Below, piece by piece: positions 45,881-58,868 of a stretch of 64,000 nt of DNA. Each line of letters begins with the position of its first letter. Within the stretch, counting starts at the first letter, position 1. Source of the DNA: Octopus sinensis (lineage: Eukaryota); NCBI RefSeq assembly GCF_006345805.1, contig NC_042998.1, positions 198,338,001 through 198,402,000 on the forward strand. The letters are read 5' to 3'. The translations under genes and the position numbers were made by a program. The notes beneath the pieces are model-generated. The model ran no database searches and had not been told where the DNA came from. It saw nothing but the letters and a program-made list of their open reading frames with translations.

Positions 45881-48800
45881 AATTATTGCAAACAGTGCTC
45901 AGGTGCACCACAACTTGTCAAAAAGTGCCTATGAAGCATATGCAGTAATGTACAAATGTCTGGGAAGTGAATGAGTCAGATACATGCTTGTGTGTGTATG
46001 GAGGGGAGAAAATCAGGTGTAGTGTTGGCAAACCTCAGGAAGCATGGAAGTTTTGAAGGATGCAGTGCTCTGACAACTAACAATTGATGCCGGCAGTTTG
46101 TTCCATGATTCAGCAACTCTTAGCGTGAAAAAATGTTTCCGAAAGTCATGGAAGGAGCTGTGCTGTTTTCTGACTTTGTAAACATGTCCACATGTGTTAG
46201 ACAGATTGAGTTTGAAAAGGTGCTCAGAGTTATTGTTTGTAAGATGGTTAATAATTTTATGGGTGTCTGCCAAGTCAGCTGCCAGATGTCGGAGTTTCAA
46301 TGTGTCCATACCCAGGGAAGTAAGGCGTTCAGAATATGGCAAATGCCTGATGGAGGGTATTCTCTTGGTTGCACGTCGCTGAACGGCTTCCAGACAATTA
46401 ATATCCTGGGCAAGATAGGGGTTCCAGACTGGTGATGCAAATTCCAGGTGAGATCGTAGCAGGAGAGCAGCTCACAAAGGACTTGGTGAGAGATGCCAAG
46501 ACACCCTCAGCCTTCTTGGCAATTTTAGCGATGTGTTTTGTCTAACGCAAATAACAAGAGCTACTAAAACTCTACTGTAACATAACTAATACAACTACAA
46601 CAAATTCCATCCAAATACACAAATACATAATAGTAGTTAGTACCTGAACTGCTTGTTGAAGGTCTTTGTTCATCTTCCGATGAAAGTGTGAACTTGATGT
46701 TCCATGTAATACAAAATCAGATAAATAATGGTCGGAAAAATCTGCCAGTAAGGAACGGCCAAAATTCTTTGCAAAACTGCTAACCGCTTTTTTTGTTCCC
46801 TGACTATTGCACCTGAAAAACATAAAATTACAATGCATAGAAGAATTACAAGAATTAAATTGGACAATTCTTTACACTGAATAATAAAAATTCAAGGTAT
46901 CATAGCACAAAATCTTAGATTTTTCAAAGTAATGTGTTACAAAATTCCAAAATATAAATCCAATATTTGGAAATTAATAATTCTGTTGACAAGAATCAAA
47001 TGAAACCCATTACAATTCAACGAATACTGATATTGGTCCTTTAGTGCTTTACTGGTTTTGACCACCAGACCGCAGCCACCATGCCAGAGTATCTACCACC
47101 TTCAAACCTGAAGCTGATTAGATCAACCTCAATACATGTGGCCTCTATTTGGAGTACTTTGTTGATAGTTATTCTATCAGTTCCCGGAAGAATAAAATAA
47201 AACGGTATGAATCAGATTGTGACCTTAGAGAGATAAAGGAGTACTACAAATACCAATGCAACTGATAGTGCTGTCCATCCACTACCAATCTTTGGATCAT
47301 AAGAACTGTTTCTATAGAAATTGCACAGACATACTATGTTTGCGCCACATCTTTTAACAACTGACCTGTGAGAACAGCATATATCATCATCATCATCATT
47401 TAGCGTCCGCTTTCCATGCTAGCATGGGTTGGACGGGTCAACTGGGGTCTGGGAAGCCAGAAGGCTGCACCAGGCTCCAGTCTGATCTGGCAATGTTTCT
47501 ACGGGTGGATGCCCTTCTTAACGCCAACCACTCCGTGAGTGCTTTTTACGTGCCACCCGCACAGGTGCCAGATGGAGCTGGCAGACGGCCACGGACGGAT
47601 GGTGCTTTTTACGTGCCGCTGGCACGGGGGCCAGGCGAGGCTAGCAACGGCCACGATCGGATGGTGCTTTTTACGAGCCATCAGCACGGGGATCAGGCGA
47701 GGCTGGCAGACGGCCACAGACGGATGGTACTTTTTACATGCCACCGGCACGGGGGCCAGGCGAGGCTAGCAACGGCCATGATCGGATGGTGCTTTTTACG
47801 TGCCACCAGCACGGGGGGCCAGGCGACGCTGGCAACGGCCACGAATGGATGGTGCTTTTTACGTGCCACCAGCACGGGGGCCAGGCGAGGCTGGCAACCG
47901 CCACGAACAGATGGTGCTTTTTACATGCCACCAGCACGGGGACCAGGCAAGGCTGGCAGACGGCCACGGACGGATGGTACTTTTTACGTGCCACCGGCAC
48001 GGGGGCTAGGCGAGGCTAGCAACGGCCATGATCGGATGGTGCTTTTTACGTGCGACCAGCACGGGGGCCAGGCGAGGCTGGCAACGGCCACGATCGGATG
48101 GTGCTTTTTACGTGCCACCAGCACGGGGGCCAGGCGAGGCTGGCAATGGCCACGATCGGATGGTGCTTTTTACGTGCCACCAGCACGGGGGCCAGGCGAG
48201 GCTGGCAATGGCCACGAACGGATGGTGCTTTTTACGTGCCACCGGCACAAAATACAAATAGGTTCTGCTTCCTGCTGGCACAATGGCAAATGTTGGAATG
48301 ATGGAATCAAACAAATTCTACCCAGATGGAATCAAACAAATTCTACCCAAATAACATCATAAACTACTTCAAATAATTCTCTGGCCAGCTATTCCTTACT
48401 GTGGTCAAGCTATAGTCATCTGGTCTCTATACCAACTCAGTTATGTATTATCATATACAGTGTAGACATCACAGTAGATACAAAATCACTTCTAGAATCT
48501 CTATATATATAAACGGCAAAATGTCTGTCTCTGTGTGTGCGTGTCCTTTATACAAATTCACAATTTTTCAGTTAGAGGGCTCGCACTTTCTATGGTCATT
48601 CAAAACCGTCCAAGTGTGGTTGTGCACATCTTTACATTTCCCCAGTCACCCAGCAAAGCCATTAAAAAATCAATAGAAGTGACTTTTTTGTGAATTTTCT
48701 ATCCAAAACCCAATCAAAATGCCCGAAACTTGATACGACAATTGAATGCCAGCTAGCTGTATGTCATTGGTCGGAGATTTGGACAGTATCCGCGTGTATG

Positions 48801-51800
48801 TGCGCACACATGTGTTGCCGGGTCATAGTGCTAGTGTATGATAAAAACACAGCACAATAAACAAAAATTATTTGAAATATCTGAAGAATATGAGAGGTGA
48901 GTAATGTGAGTGTATTTGTGTGTGTGCATGGAAGTGTATGGAAAGAAAAATATACTTACTTTGGCATTGGTAATTCTTTACAGGTGAATAGAGGGTCAAT
49001 AAGTTCCACATCGTGGGTGTTGGCACTGGCTGAAGACATGTGTCTCGAGCGACTGGCTTCTGATAAGCTAGACCTACAACAACAACAACAACAATACTGA
49101 ATAGAAAGGGAGAAAGACATGTCTGTTGAATCACAACAACAATCATCATCATCGTTTAACGTCCGTTTTACGCATTGGACGGTTCGACCGGGGATCTGGG
49201 AAGCCAGGGGCTGCACCAGGCTCCAGTCTGATCTGGCAGAGTTTCTACAGCTGGATGCCCTTCCTAACGCCAACCACTCCGCGAGTGTAGTGGGTGCTTT
49301 TTACGTGCCACATGCACAGGTGCCAGGGAGGGTCCGGCATCGGCCACAATCGGTTGGAGCGTTTAACGTGCCACCGGCACGGAAGCCAGCCAAGGCGGCG
49401 CTGACAACGGCCATGTTCGGATGGTGCTTTTTATGGGCCACCGGCACAGAAGCCAGTAATACTGAATAGAAAGGGTGAAAGACATGACTGTTGACCCACC
49501 CTTGCAACAATAGTAACATCAACATGGTGAATGGCAAAAGGAAACTATTATAACAACTCTTCTCTTCGGCATCCGTCCGTCTCGAGAGACGATGGTATAG
49601 CTCGGAAAAGATGGTGGGTTTATCTGCACGTCCTGGTGTGGCTGTGCAGACCAATCATTGAGTGGCAGTCCCTACCACATCTGGTGCAAGTGAAAGGGGA
49701 CGAGAGCTGTGGTTACTGCTGCTGCTCCTTTCGCCTGGTTCCCTTTAGTTTGGCAGTGGTGGTCCTCAGGTTCTCTGCTGTCATGGCACCAACCCGGCTG
49801 AAATCACCTCTGGCTCTCTAGTACAAATACCTTCTTTTCAAAAGTTCTGAATTAAAATCTTCCTCCAAACCTTAGTCACAATTTATGTTCCTAACACTAG
49901 CTGAATGATAACTAAGTTATTTTACTAAATTCTTTGTTATATTTAAAATTAATTGAAAGAAACACAGAGCATCTCAACAGAAATATGGTAACAAAAGGGT
50001 TAAAATATATAACAGAGAAACAATTCTTAACCCTTTCATTACCAACCCGGCTGAAACCAGCTGTGGCTCTGTAGTACAAATGTCTTGTTTTCATAAGTTT
50101 TGAATTAAAATCTTCCACCAAACCTTAGTCACAATTTATGTTCCTAACACTAGCTGAATGATAACTAAGTTATTTTACTAAATTCTTTGTTATATTTAAA
50201 ATTAATTGAAAGAAACACAGAGCATCTCAACAGAAATATGGTAACAAAAGGGTTAAAATATATAACAGAGAAACAATTCTTAACCCTTTCATTACCAACC
50301 CGGCTGAAACCAGCTGTGGCTCTGTAGTACAAATGTCTTGTTTTCATAAGTTTTGAATTAAAATCTTCCACCAAACCTTAGTCACAATTTATGTTCCTAA
50401 CACTAGCTTAATGATAACCAAGTTATTTTACTAAATTCTTTGTTATATTTAAAATTAATTGAAAGAAACACAGAGCATCTCAACAGAAATATGGTAACAA
50501 AAGGGTTAAAATATATAACAGAGAAACAATTCTTAACCCTTTCATTACCAACCCGGCTGAAACCAGCTGTGGCTCTGTAGTACAAATGTCTTGTTTTCAT
50601 AAGTTTTGAATTAAAATCTTCCACCAAACCTTAGTCACAATTTATGTTCCTAACACTAGCTGAATGATAACCAAGTTATTTTACTAAATTCTTTGTTATA
50701 TTTAAAATTAATTGAAAGAAACACAGAGCATCTCAATAGAAATATGGTAACAAAAGGGTTAAGTGCGCAATTTATACGTCAACACACACAAATGTGTGAA
50801 TAAACAAAAGAAAGAGGTACTCAACACATTTGGTTGGAGATACATGTGTTTAATAGAAGTCTGGCTCAGTTCCACATTACATAAAACAGTGCTTCTCAAC
50901 CAGGGTCCATATAAGATTTTGGGGTTAAAAATCTTTTAGCAATAAATAGGTTCTACTTCTACAATTCACAAAATATTTTAACAATTTTTTTTTTAATGTA
51001 ATTCCTAATAATATTTAATTATAAAAATATAATGATATTTTAATCATCAAATGGCTATGAGGATCCATCAGAGTAAAATAGGAATCAAAGGAGATCCACT
51101 TGTAAAAAATGGTTGACAAGAGTTTGTCTCTGAACACCTGATGAGGCGGAAAGAGTCCTATGCCCAAGAAACTTTAAGTAATGTGGAGCCAAGTCAAACT
51201 GTTCATCATCATCATTTAACGTCCGTTTTCCGTGCTAGCACAGGTTGGACAATTCAACCGGGGTCTGGGAAGCCAGGCGGCTGCACCAAGCTCCAGTCTG
51301 ATCTGGCAGTGTCTCTACAGCTGGATGCCCTTCCTAATGCCAACCACTCCGTGAGTGTAGTGGCTGCTTTTCATGTGCCAGGGGAGGCTGGCAGCGGCCA
51401 TGATCGGTTGGTGTTTTTTACGTGCCACTGGCATATTTTATATATATCTTTGAGAATAATGTAGCTTATTTGAAGTATTGTCAACTAGTTATAAATGACA
51501 GTGAGTATGTCCCACAAAACAAGTTTAGAAATAATAGCAGGAAAGCAAAACAAAATCAAAGGTTTACACATTTTTTACTTTAGATATCTCATGTAAACTT
51601 TGTAAATACTATTTTTGCAAAATATCAGCAAAAATGTAAACCTGTATCATTTGAAATATAAAGTGAAAGTGGAAACCTTTTGTTATTACAAAATACGCCT
51701 TACTGGCACATGTAAAAAACATCTGAGCGGGGTTGTTGCCAGTGCCACTGGACTGGCTCCTGTGCAGGTGGCACGTAAAAAACACCATTGACAGAACCGC

Positions 51801-54800
51801 CTGACTGGCCCTCGTGCCGGTGGCATATAAAAGCACCCACTACACTCTCGGAATGGTTGGCATTAGGAAGGGCATCCAGCTGTAGAAACTCTGCCAGATC
51901 AAGATTGAAGCCTGGTGCAGCCATCTGGTTCGCCAGCCCTCAGTCAACTCATCCAACCCATGCTAGCATGGAAAGCGGACGTTAAACGATGATGATGATG
52001 AAAGTAAAAGTGTGAATTTTCGTATTTTGTTGTGTGAAATATAAGGTAAAAATGCAAGTTTTTGATTTTGTATTGCTGTGGCTTTCTCAATCAATTTATC
52101 AAAAAGCTCTTAATTATTATAAAATTGCACACACAAAACAGTTAGTTTGGTTCAAATATGAGAAATGAAGTAACAAAGAAATATATTGTTGAATGGACCA
52201 TTTAAAATGATGCAATGAAAGATAATATTGATGGGGATGAAATGACAGAATTGTAGTAGATAAAGTATCACAAACACACTTTCAGAAATCATCACATTTT
52301 TAACTTCTCTTCTACATACATACATGTGTGTGTGTGTATTGTTCAGGCTATTTTACATGTTGTTACTCAGCATTTCATGTTCGCTGACAGTTCTCAGAAG
52401 TAGCTGGTAGTGATATCTTTGGTACAGTTACATGATACAGCCCAATGTTGTATTATATACTAGCAGTATCACCCGGCGTTGCTCAGGTTTGTAAGGGAAA
52501 TAACTATATAAGCAATTTTAGAGAGTTACTTTCCTTATATAAACCGAGCAAAAAATGCGAAAAAATGATGGTAAATTTTTTTATCATCATAGACTCATTG
52601 TAGACGCGCACTAATACCCAGAAGGGCTCGATATGAATCACGACTATAACATACCCGCTTTTGGTTAAACTGCACCACAAAATGTGGGAGTAGTTAGGAA
52701 TCTAAATCGGAGGAGACAGACTCTCACACACACAACTTCAGTTTTATATATAAAGATATGTACATACATATTTACAAAAAGTTAGGTATATGAGATATAT
52801 ACAAATTAGAACATGGAATTTAAAAAAATAGACAACTTACACCGAGCGTGCCAAAGACACTTTTGTTGGAGCACTGACTGGTTGACCATTAGAAAGAGAA
52901 TTTTTGGAACTGGTTGCAGAAAGTGAAGGCTGGCCGTCCTGCAGAGAATCCTCATCATCGGGAAATGTTGAGGACGTTATCACAGATGTCTCGATAGAGT
53001 TACTAGTACTTAAAATGTCAACTATAGGCAATCCAACCTCAGAGATGGCCACAATTTCATCTTTGGTCCTCGGTTCCGAACTGGTGAAGTATTCATCAAA
53101 TGTACTGTTGACATCTTCTTTAAAACCATTCTGAACATCGCAAATCGATGAAGTGGACTTGGAGCTGGACTGCTGGAAGTCATGCTGAGCCAACTGCTCA
53201 GACAATTTTGAACGATTCTTTTTTGGATTTTGGCACAATGAGGTGGCATCGCTATTACTACTACTACTACTCCTCCTTCCCGTTACTATGGCATCAGTTT
53301 GATGAGAGTCAAGTGATGTAGCATGTCCAACGATGTGCGTACTTTCACATGGCAAGTGCTCCTGCACAGTAGCACTTGTCATGCTGCACGCTTTTTCATG
53401 GGGAGGAAGAGCATCGTCTTTTTCTATTTCATTAGTACGAAACTCATTAATTAAATTGTTAATCTGAACATCCATGATTGATTCACGGTCCATAGATATG
53501 ATATCACTGAGAGTCCGTTCGCACTCGCTGGATGTGTCCTCAAACGACACACCTTCTAAGGCAGAAGTCACATTGCATAAATCAATATTTTCATGCACCT
53601 CACTACAGCGGATAAAATAGCTGAGAACGTGTAGTATTTTGGAAACTAAATCAGCTTTTTTACCGGTGACCACAGTCCGCGAGAGTCTTAGTGGGTTTCC
53701 GATACTTCCATAAAGATCTCTGGAAAACAGAGGGAAAAAACATTTTAATATCCCTAACAAACATCTCGAAATAAGAAATGCACATACATTAATGTATATC
53801 TACCAGTATCCTGTCCCTTCTCTCTTTTTCCCCCTGCAAGAATAGTACCCTTCACAGCACCTGAGTTTATAATTATGTATCAGTAAAATATTGGACTGAT
53901 TCAATCTACTATGTTTCTTCTCTTTAATACATGACCAAGTACATAGTTATAATAATAATAATAATAATAATGAAATTATTGTATACAGTGCTCAGGTGCA
54001 CCACAACTTGTCAAAAGTGCATGTAAAGTATATGCAGTAATGTACAAATGTCTGGAAAGTGAACAGTGTATGAGTCAGATAGATGCTTGCGTGTGTGTAT
54101 GGAGGGGAGGAAATCAGGTGTAGTGTTGGCGAATCTCAGAAAGCATGGCAGTTTTGAAGGATGCAAGGCTCCGACAACTAACAACTGATGCCGGCAGTTT
54201 GTTCCATGCTTCAGCAACTCTCAGCGTGAAAAAATGTTTCCGAAAGTCATGGGAACTGTGGTGTTTTCTGACTTTGTAAACATGTCAACGGGTATTAGAC
54301 AGGTGGAGTTTGAAAAGGTGCTCAGAGTTAGGCTAATAATTTTATGGGTGTCTGCCAAGTCAGCTGCCAGACGTCGGAGTTTCAATGTATCCATGCCCAG
54401 GGAAATAAGGCATTCAGAATATGGCAAATGCCTAATGGAGGGTATTCTCTTGGTTGCACGTCGCTGAACGGTTTCCAGACGATTAATATCCTGGGCAAGA
54501 TAGGGGTTCTAGACCGGTGATGCAAATTCCAGGTGAGATCGCACCATAGCTATATAAAGCCGCAGATAGATAGCCAGAGAGTGGCTCACAAAGGACGTAA
54601 ATAAAGTTTCAATGAACAAAAGCTATTACTTGTTTTTAAATTCTTGACGTGTGTATTTTACATCAATTGTCCACAATGACCTGTACCTATTTACTATGAG
54701 GTATCAATGGTTAAATATCTTTGTTAAACTGTTCAACTCTTCAACATCCAATTGATTTACTCAACTGCAGCAGTTTTTCTTGTAAGAAAGTAATATAAAC

Positions 54801-57800
54801 TAAAACACACATTGAGGTTTCTGTCGTGACAGCATAGAGAAACAGATGTCTATTACTTACCCTAGCTGGGCCCACAAGGGATTGTAAGGGTGCGTTCTGG
54901 CCAAGGTATCCAACTGTAGGAAAGAAGATAAGATGATAACAGCAAAAGAAACAGGATATGAAGAGTTTGATCTTCCTTTCTATATTCATCTCCATCTCTT
55001 CAGTCAACATAGGCAGAGAGAGGGAGAGAGGAGGAGGAGAAAGAAGGTAAAAAAGGGAAGAGGAGGAAATAAAGTATAAATGCATACAAAGAGATGCACA
55101 AGACACACAGACACCAATATTATTATTACAAGAAAGAATTAAAGACAAACTGACCCATTTCGCTGAATGCTTGTCCATGTATTTTTTTGATGTTGTTCCT
55201 CCAGTGGGAGTGACTGTAGGTACCCAGGCTAGGTGGTATGTGAGCACAGCACTGATTACTGTACTTATAAAGCTGAAATAGTCAAACAGTTTCACTTGGT
55301 ACGTGCACAAATACACATCACATAAACGTAATTCGTTGGATCATTAGTACACCATTGAGGAGTTTGACTTTGTACAGTGTATGAAAAAAGGACCAGTACA
55401 ATAGGTTTCATTCTTTGCCAAGCAATCAAGAACAACGGTTCTAATTGGAAAACCAAAAGTGGATCTTGGTTTGCTAGGAATGGCAAATCTAACAGTAACA
55501 CACTGAAACGGATCTTTTCACTTTGACCGGCAGATTTTTAAAATAATTTCTTTGTAACTAAACACTTTTAAACTTCGTATACTGGTAGATTGCGTTTATA
55601 ATACATCTTTTTCTCTTGGTTTTCTTGAGAAAATTCTGTAGTTTGTAAGATATTTATTGTTTAATTTCTTGCATTTCAGCAATTTCAACCAATCAATGAC
55701 GTCTATTGAAGTGAATTCAATTTCTGCCATAGTGTGTCAACAACAAAGTTTGAAACAACGAAGTTTGAAAGTGTTTAGTTACAAAGAAATTATTTTTGAA
55801 AATCTGCCGGTCAAAGTGAAAAGATCCCACTGAAACATTAGTGTCTACTCAATAACTCTCTTATTATTTGATCTATTTGCTGAAAGTAGAACAACGGAGA
55901 AATTTCTTTCTTACAAAATGTTTTTTTTCTGCAGATTATACATGTTTTTACTCTCAACTTTCCAATACTAACATAGAACAGATTTTTGAGAAAATACAAA
56001 TAAAATTGCTATGATTGATCCGTTTGTTGCTGTTGTAGTTTAGCAGCTCTACTGAAGCAGATGGACGACCAGAATCCATCCAGCTCTGACCACACAATCT
56101 TTTATCCAGGTAGAGTATAAAAACAGATCATTTTGTTTAAGACAACAGGGTATAATCTGAAAAGATCTGTTGCTGTTTCTAGTAATTTAAGTGACCGTGT
56201 AAGGGCATCCAGCTGTAGAATCACGCCAGATCATACTGGAGCCTGGTGCAGCCCCCTGGCTTCCCAGATCCCCGGTCGAACTGTCCAACCCGTGCTAGCA
56301 TGGAAAACGGATGTTAAACGATGATGATGATGATGTAGAGATTCCTTTGCTGGTAACAACAGGTAATTGTTCTCACTCATCCTAAAATCAAGAGTTTAAT
56401 TTCATCTCAGTTCACTGCAGCTTTGAGAGCAAATCTTTTCAGAGCAACACAATGAAGTAACTGCAGGAGTGTGTGTTTAAATCTGTAGTGTGTTACCCAT
56501 AATCTCACAGAACTGTACTTCTTAGATCCAGGTGAGGGGACAGAGGAAAAAAAATAAAAGCAAAATGTAAGGTGCAATAAGAAATGAAAGGCAAAACTTA
56601 CAAGTGTGTATTTTTGTTTTCAAATTTGTCAACAAGTGCAGTGAACTGTTGCATAAACTTATTGCAGTGGACATATTTATAATTGCTGTGGGCCATCATA
56701 CTGAGCCACACTGGTTCGGAGAGTCGTGGGGCTGTGTACAAGTCATGCAGATCACTTCGTAAAACTTCCAAACCCTATAGAAATACAAACAAAAAGTTGC
56801 AACTGAGAGTTAGCTTTATTAATTTGGTGCAGCAGTGAATCTAAGTCCAAACCTAATCCTTTCTCTTATTACAAGTCAAATCCTATGTCAAAACTTTAGA
56901 AGCTATAATACAACTAGAAAGAGACAATAGGATGACTAAAAAAAAACAAAAATACTATAAAGGAATATATATGCTGGTGGCATGTGTAAAAAGATTTGAG
57001 CAAGGTCATTGCCAGTACCGCCTGACTGGCCCCCGTGCCGGTGGCACGTAAAAAGCACCCACTACACTCTCGGAGCGGTTGGCATTAGGAAGGGCATCCA
57101 GCTGTAGAAACTCTGCCAGATCAAGATTGAAGCCTGGTGCAGCCATCTGGTTCGCCAGTCCTCAGTCAAAATCGTCCAACCCATGCTAGCATGGAAAGCG
57201 GACGTTAAAGGATGATGATGATTTAGCTTGAATGTCTTTGCATATTTCTTTTCTTTTTTTCACAAGGGCTTCAATATGAGTTTGCTCAAAGAGTTCAGTG
57301 CCCCCTCATGGAGAGAAAACTCTAACCACCACAATTAGTCACTGTATCCATTAACCCTTTTGAGATCCCCAGGCCAATTCATCAGTCTAAGTGATACAAG
57401 TCGAAAGGACTTTAAAGCCAATCCTACAAAGGTTGGTTTTGAAGAGTAATAGCTAATCAGAGATTGCCTTTCAGTGGATGTATCTCAATAGAAAAAAAAT
57501 TTTGGTCTTTTTGGCTACATATACCAAAACATCATGAGTCTCAAAAGGGTTAAGGGAATCAGTTTCAATTACATAGCACATCAGATTTTGTTTCAAGGAG
57601 TCTTTATATTGTGTCAGAGAGAATGATTGCTACTAGCTGACAATAAAAGACCGCTTTGGAAATGCAATTATTTTGCAACCAAACCACATGATCACATTTG
57701 CAGAGTTTGAAGTCTTATGAATAAAACCTACCACTCAAGTCTCAAAGACTTAGCAATGACAACAAAGATAGAAATTTCTGAATCAGACAAGAGTTGAGTG

Positions 57801-58836
57801 AATAGCACTGATTTAGAGTCAATGACAGAGGAATACTGCAAAAAACAAATCTTAGTCTTCAAAACAGCACCAGCTGGTAACATACTCTTTACTCTTTTAC
57901 TTGTTTCAGTCATTTGACTGCGGCCATGCTGGAGCACCGCCTTTAGTCGAGCAAATCAACCCCGGGGCTTATTCTTTGTAAGCCCAGTACTTATTCTATC
58001 GGTCTCTTTTTGCCAAACCGCTAAGTGACGGGGACGTAAACACACCAGCATTGGTTGTCAAGCGATGTTGGGGGGACAAACACAGACACACAAACATATA
58101 TATATATATACACATATATACGACAGGCTTCTTTCAGTTTCCGTCTACCAAATCCACTCACAAGGCATTGGTTGGCCCGGGGCTATAGCAGAAGACACTT
58201 GCCCAAGATGCCACGCAGTGGGACTGAACCCGGAACCATGTGGTTGGTTAGCAAGCTAGTTGCTGAAATTTTTATCATTTCTAGCTGAAAACAAGAATTA
58301 TTCATTGTAGCAGTAGATACAAGGTGTAAAAATGTAGGTGAGAATTAGTCTTACCTCCATCACAATGGACAAAAAATATTTCTTGTTATTGAAGGCATGA
58401 TTGACAGCTTGACTGAGTTTCTCTAAGTGGCCCTCAAATAAAGGAATGTGGGCAAAGAAGAACGTCAAGAACATGCTGGAAAAGGAAAAGGAAGTAAATT
58501 ATTTTCTTTTTCAAGGTGAATTATGGAAATAATAATTAAGAATTTTTCTTTGATCAATATTCTATTTATCATTTAAGAACAAATACAGCTAAAAAGAAAA
58601 TACCAAAACAATTACCTATTTTTTTCTTCATCATTCCATAAATTAAACAATACAGCGATCCCAAGTTTATTTCTTCTGGATCTTGGTAAAGATGATGTCT
58701 GGAATAGAAATGATATAACATCAGAAAACTATTAGAAATAATTGATAGCAAGAGCAGGGTCACAGATAAAATAACTGTTCCCATTACTATTGATACAGTA
58801 TTATTATACAGCAACTAACAAGGCATTAGATAAAAC

Positions 58837-58868
<32 letters not shown>

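Noticed and set aside
47424-48362. 312-aa ORF and overlapping ORFs on both strands
   Set aside because: They are translations of the 62/63-bp VNTR inside a SINE; the peptide repeats rotate through frames and show no domain.
47539-50762. CRISPR-like appearance of the 62-bp and 253-bp arrays
   Set aside because: There are no unique spacers (the units or spacers are themselves repeated), no cas genes, and the context is eukaryotic and intronic.
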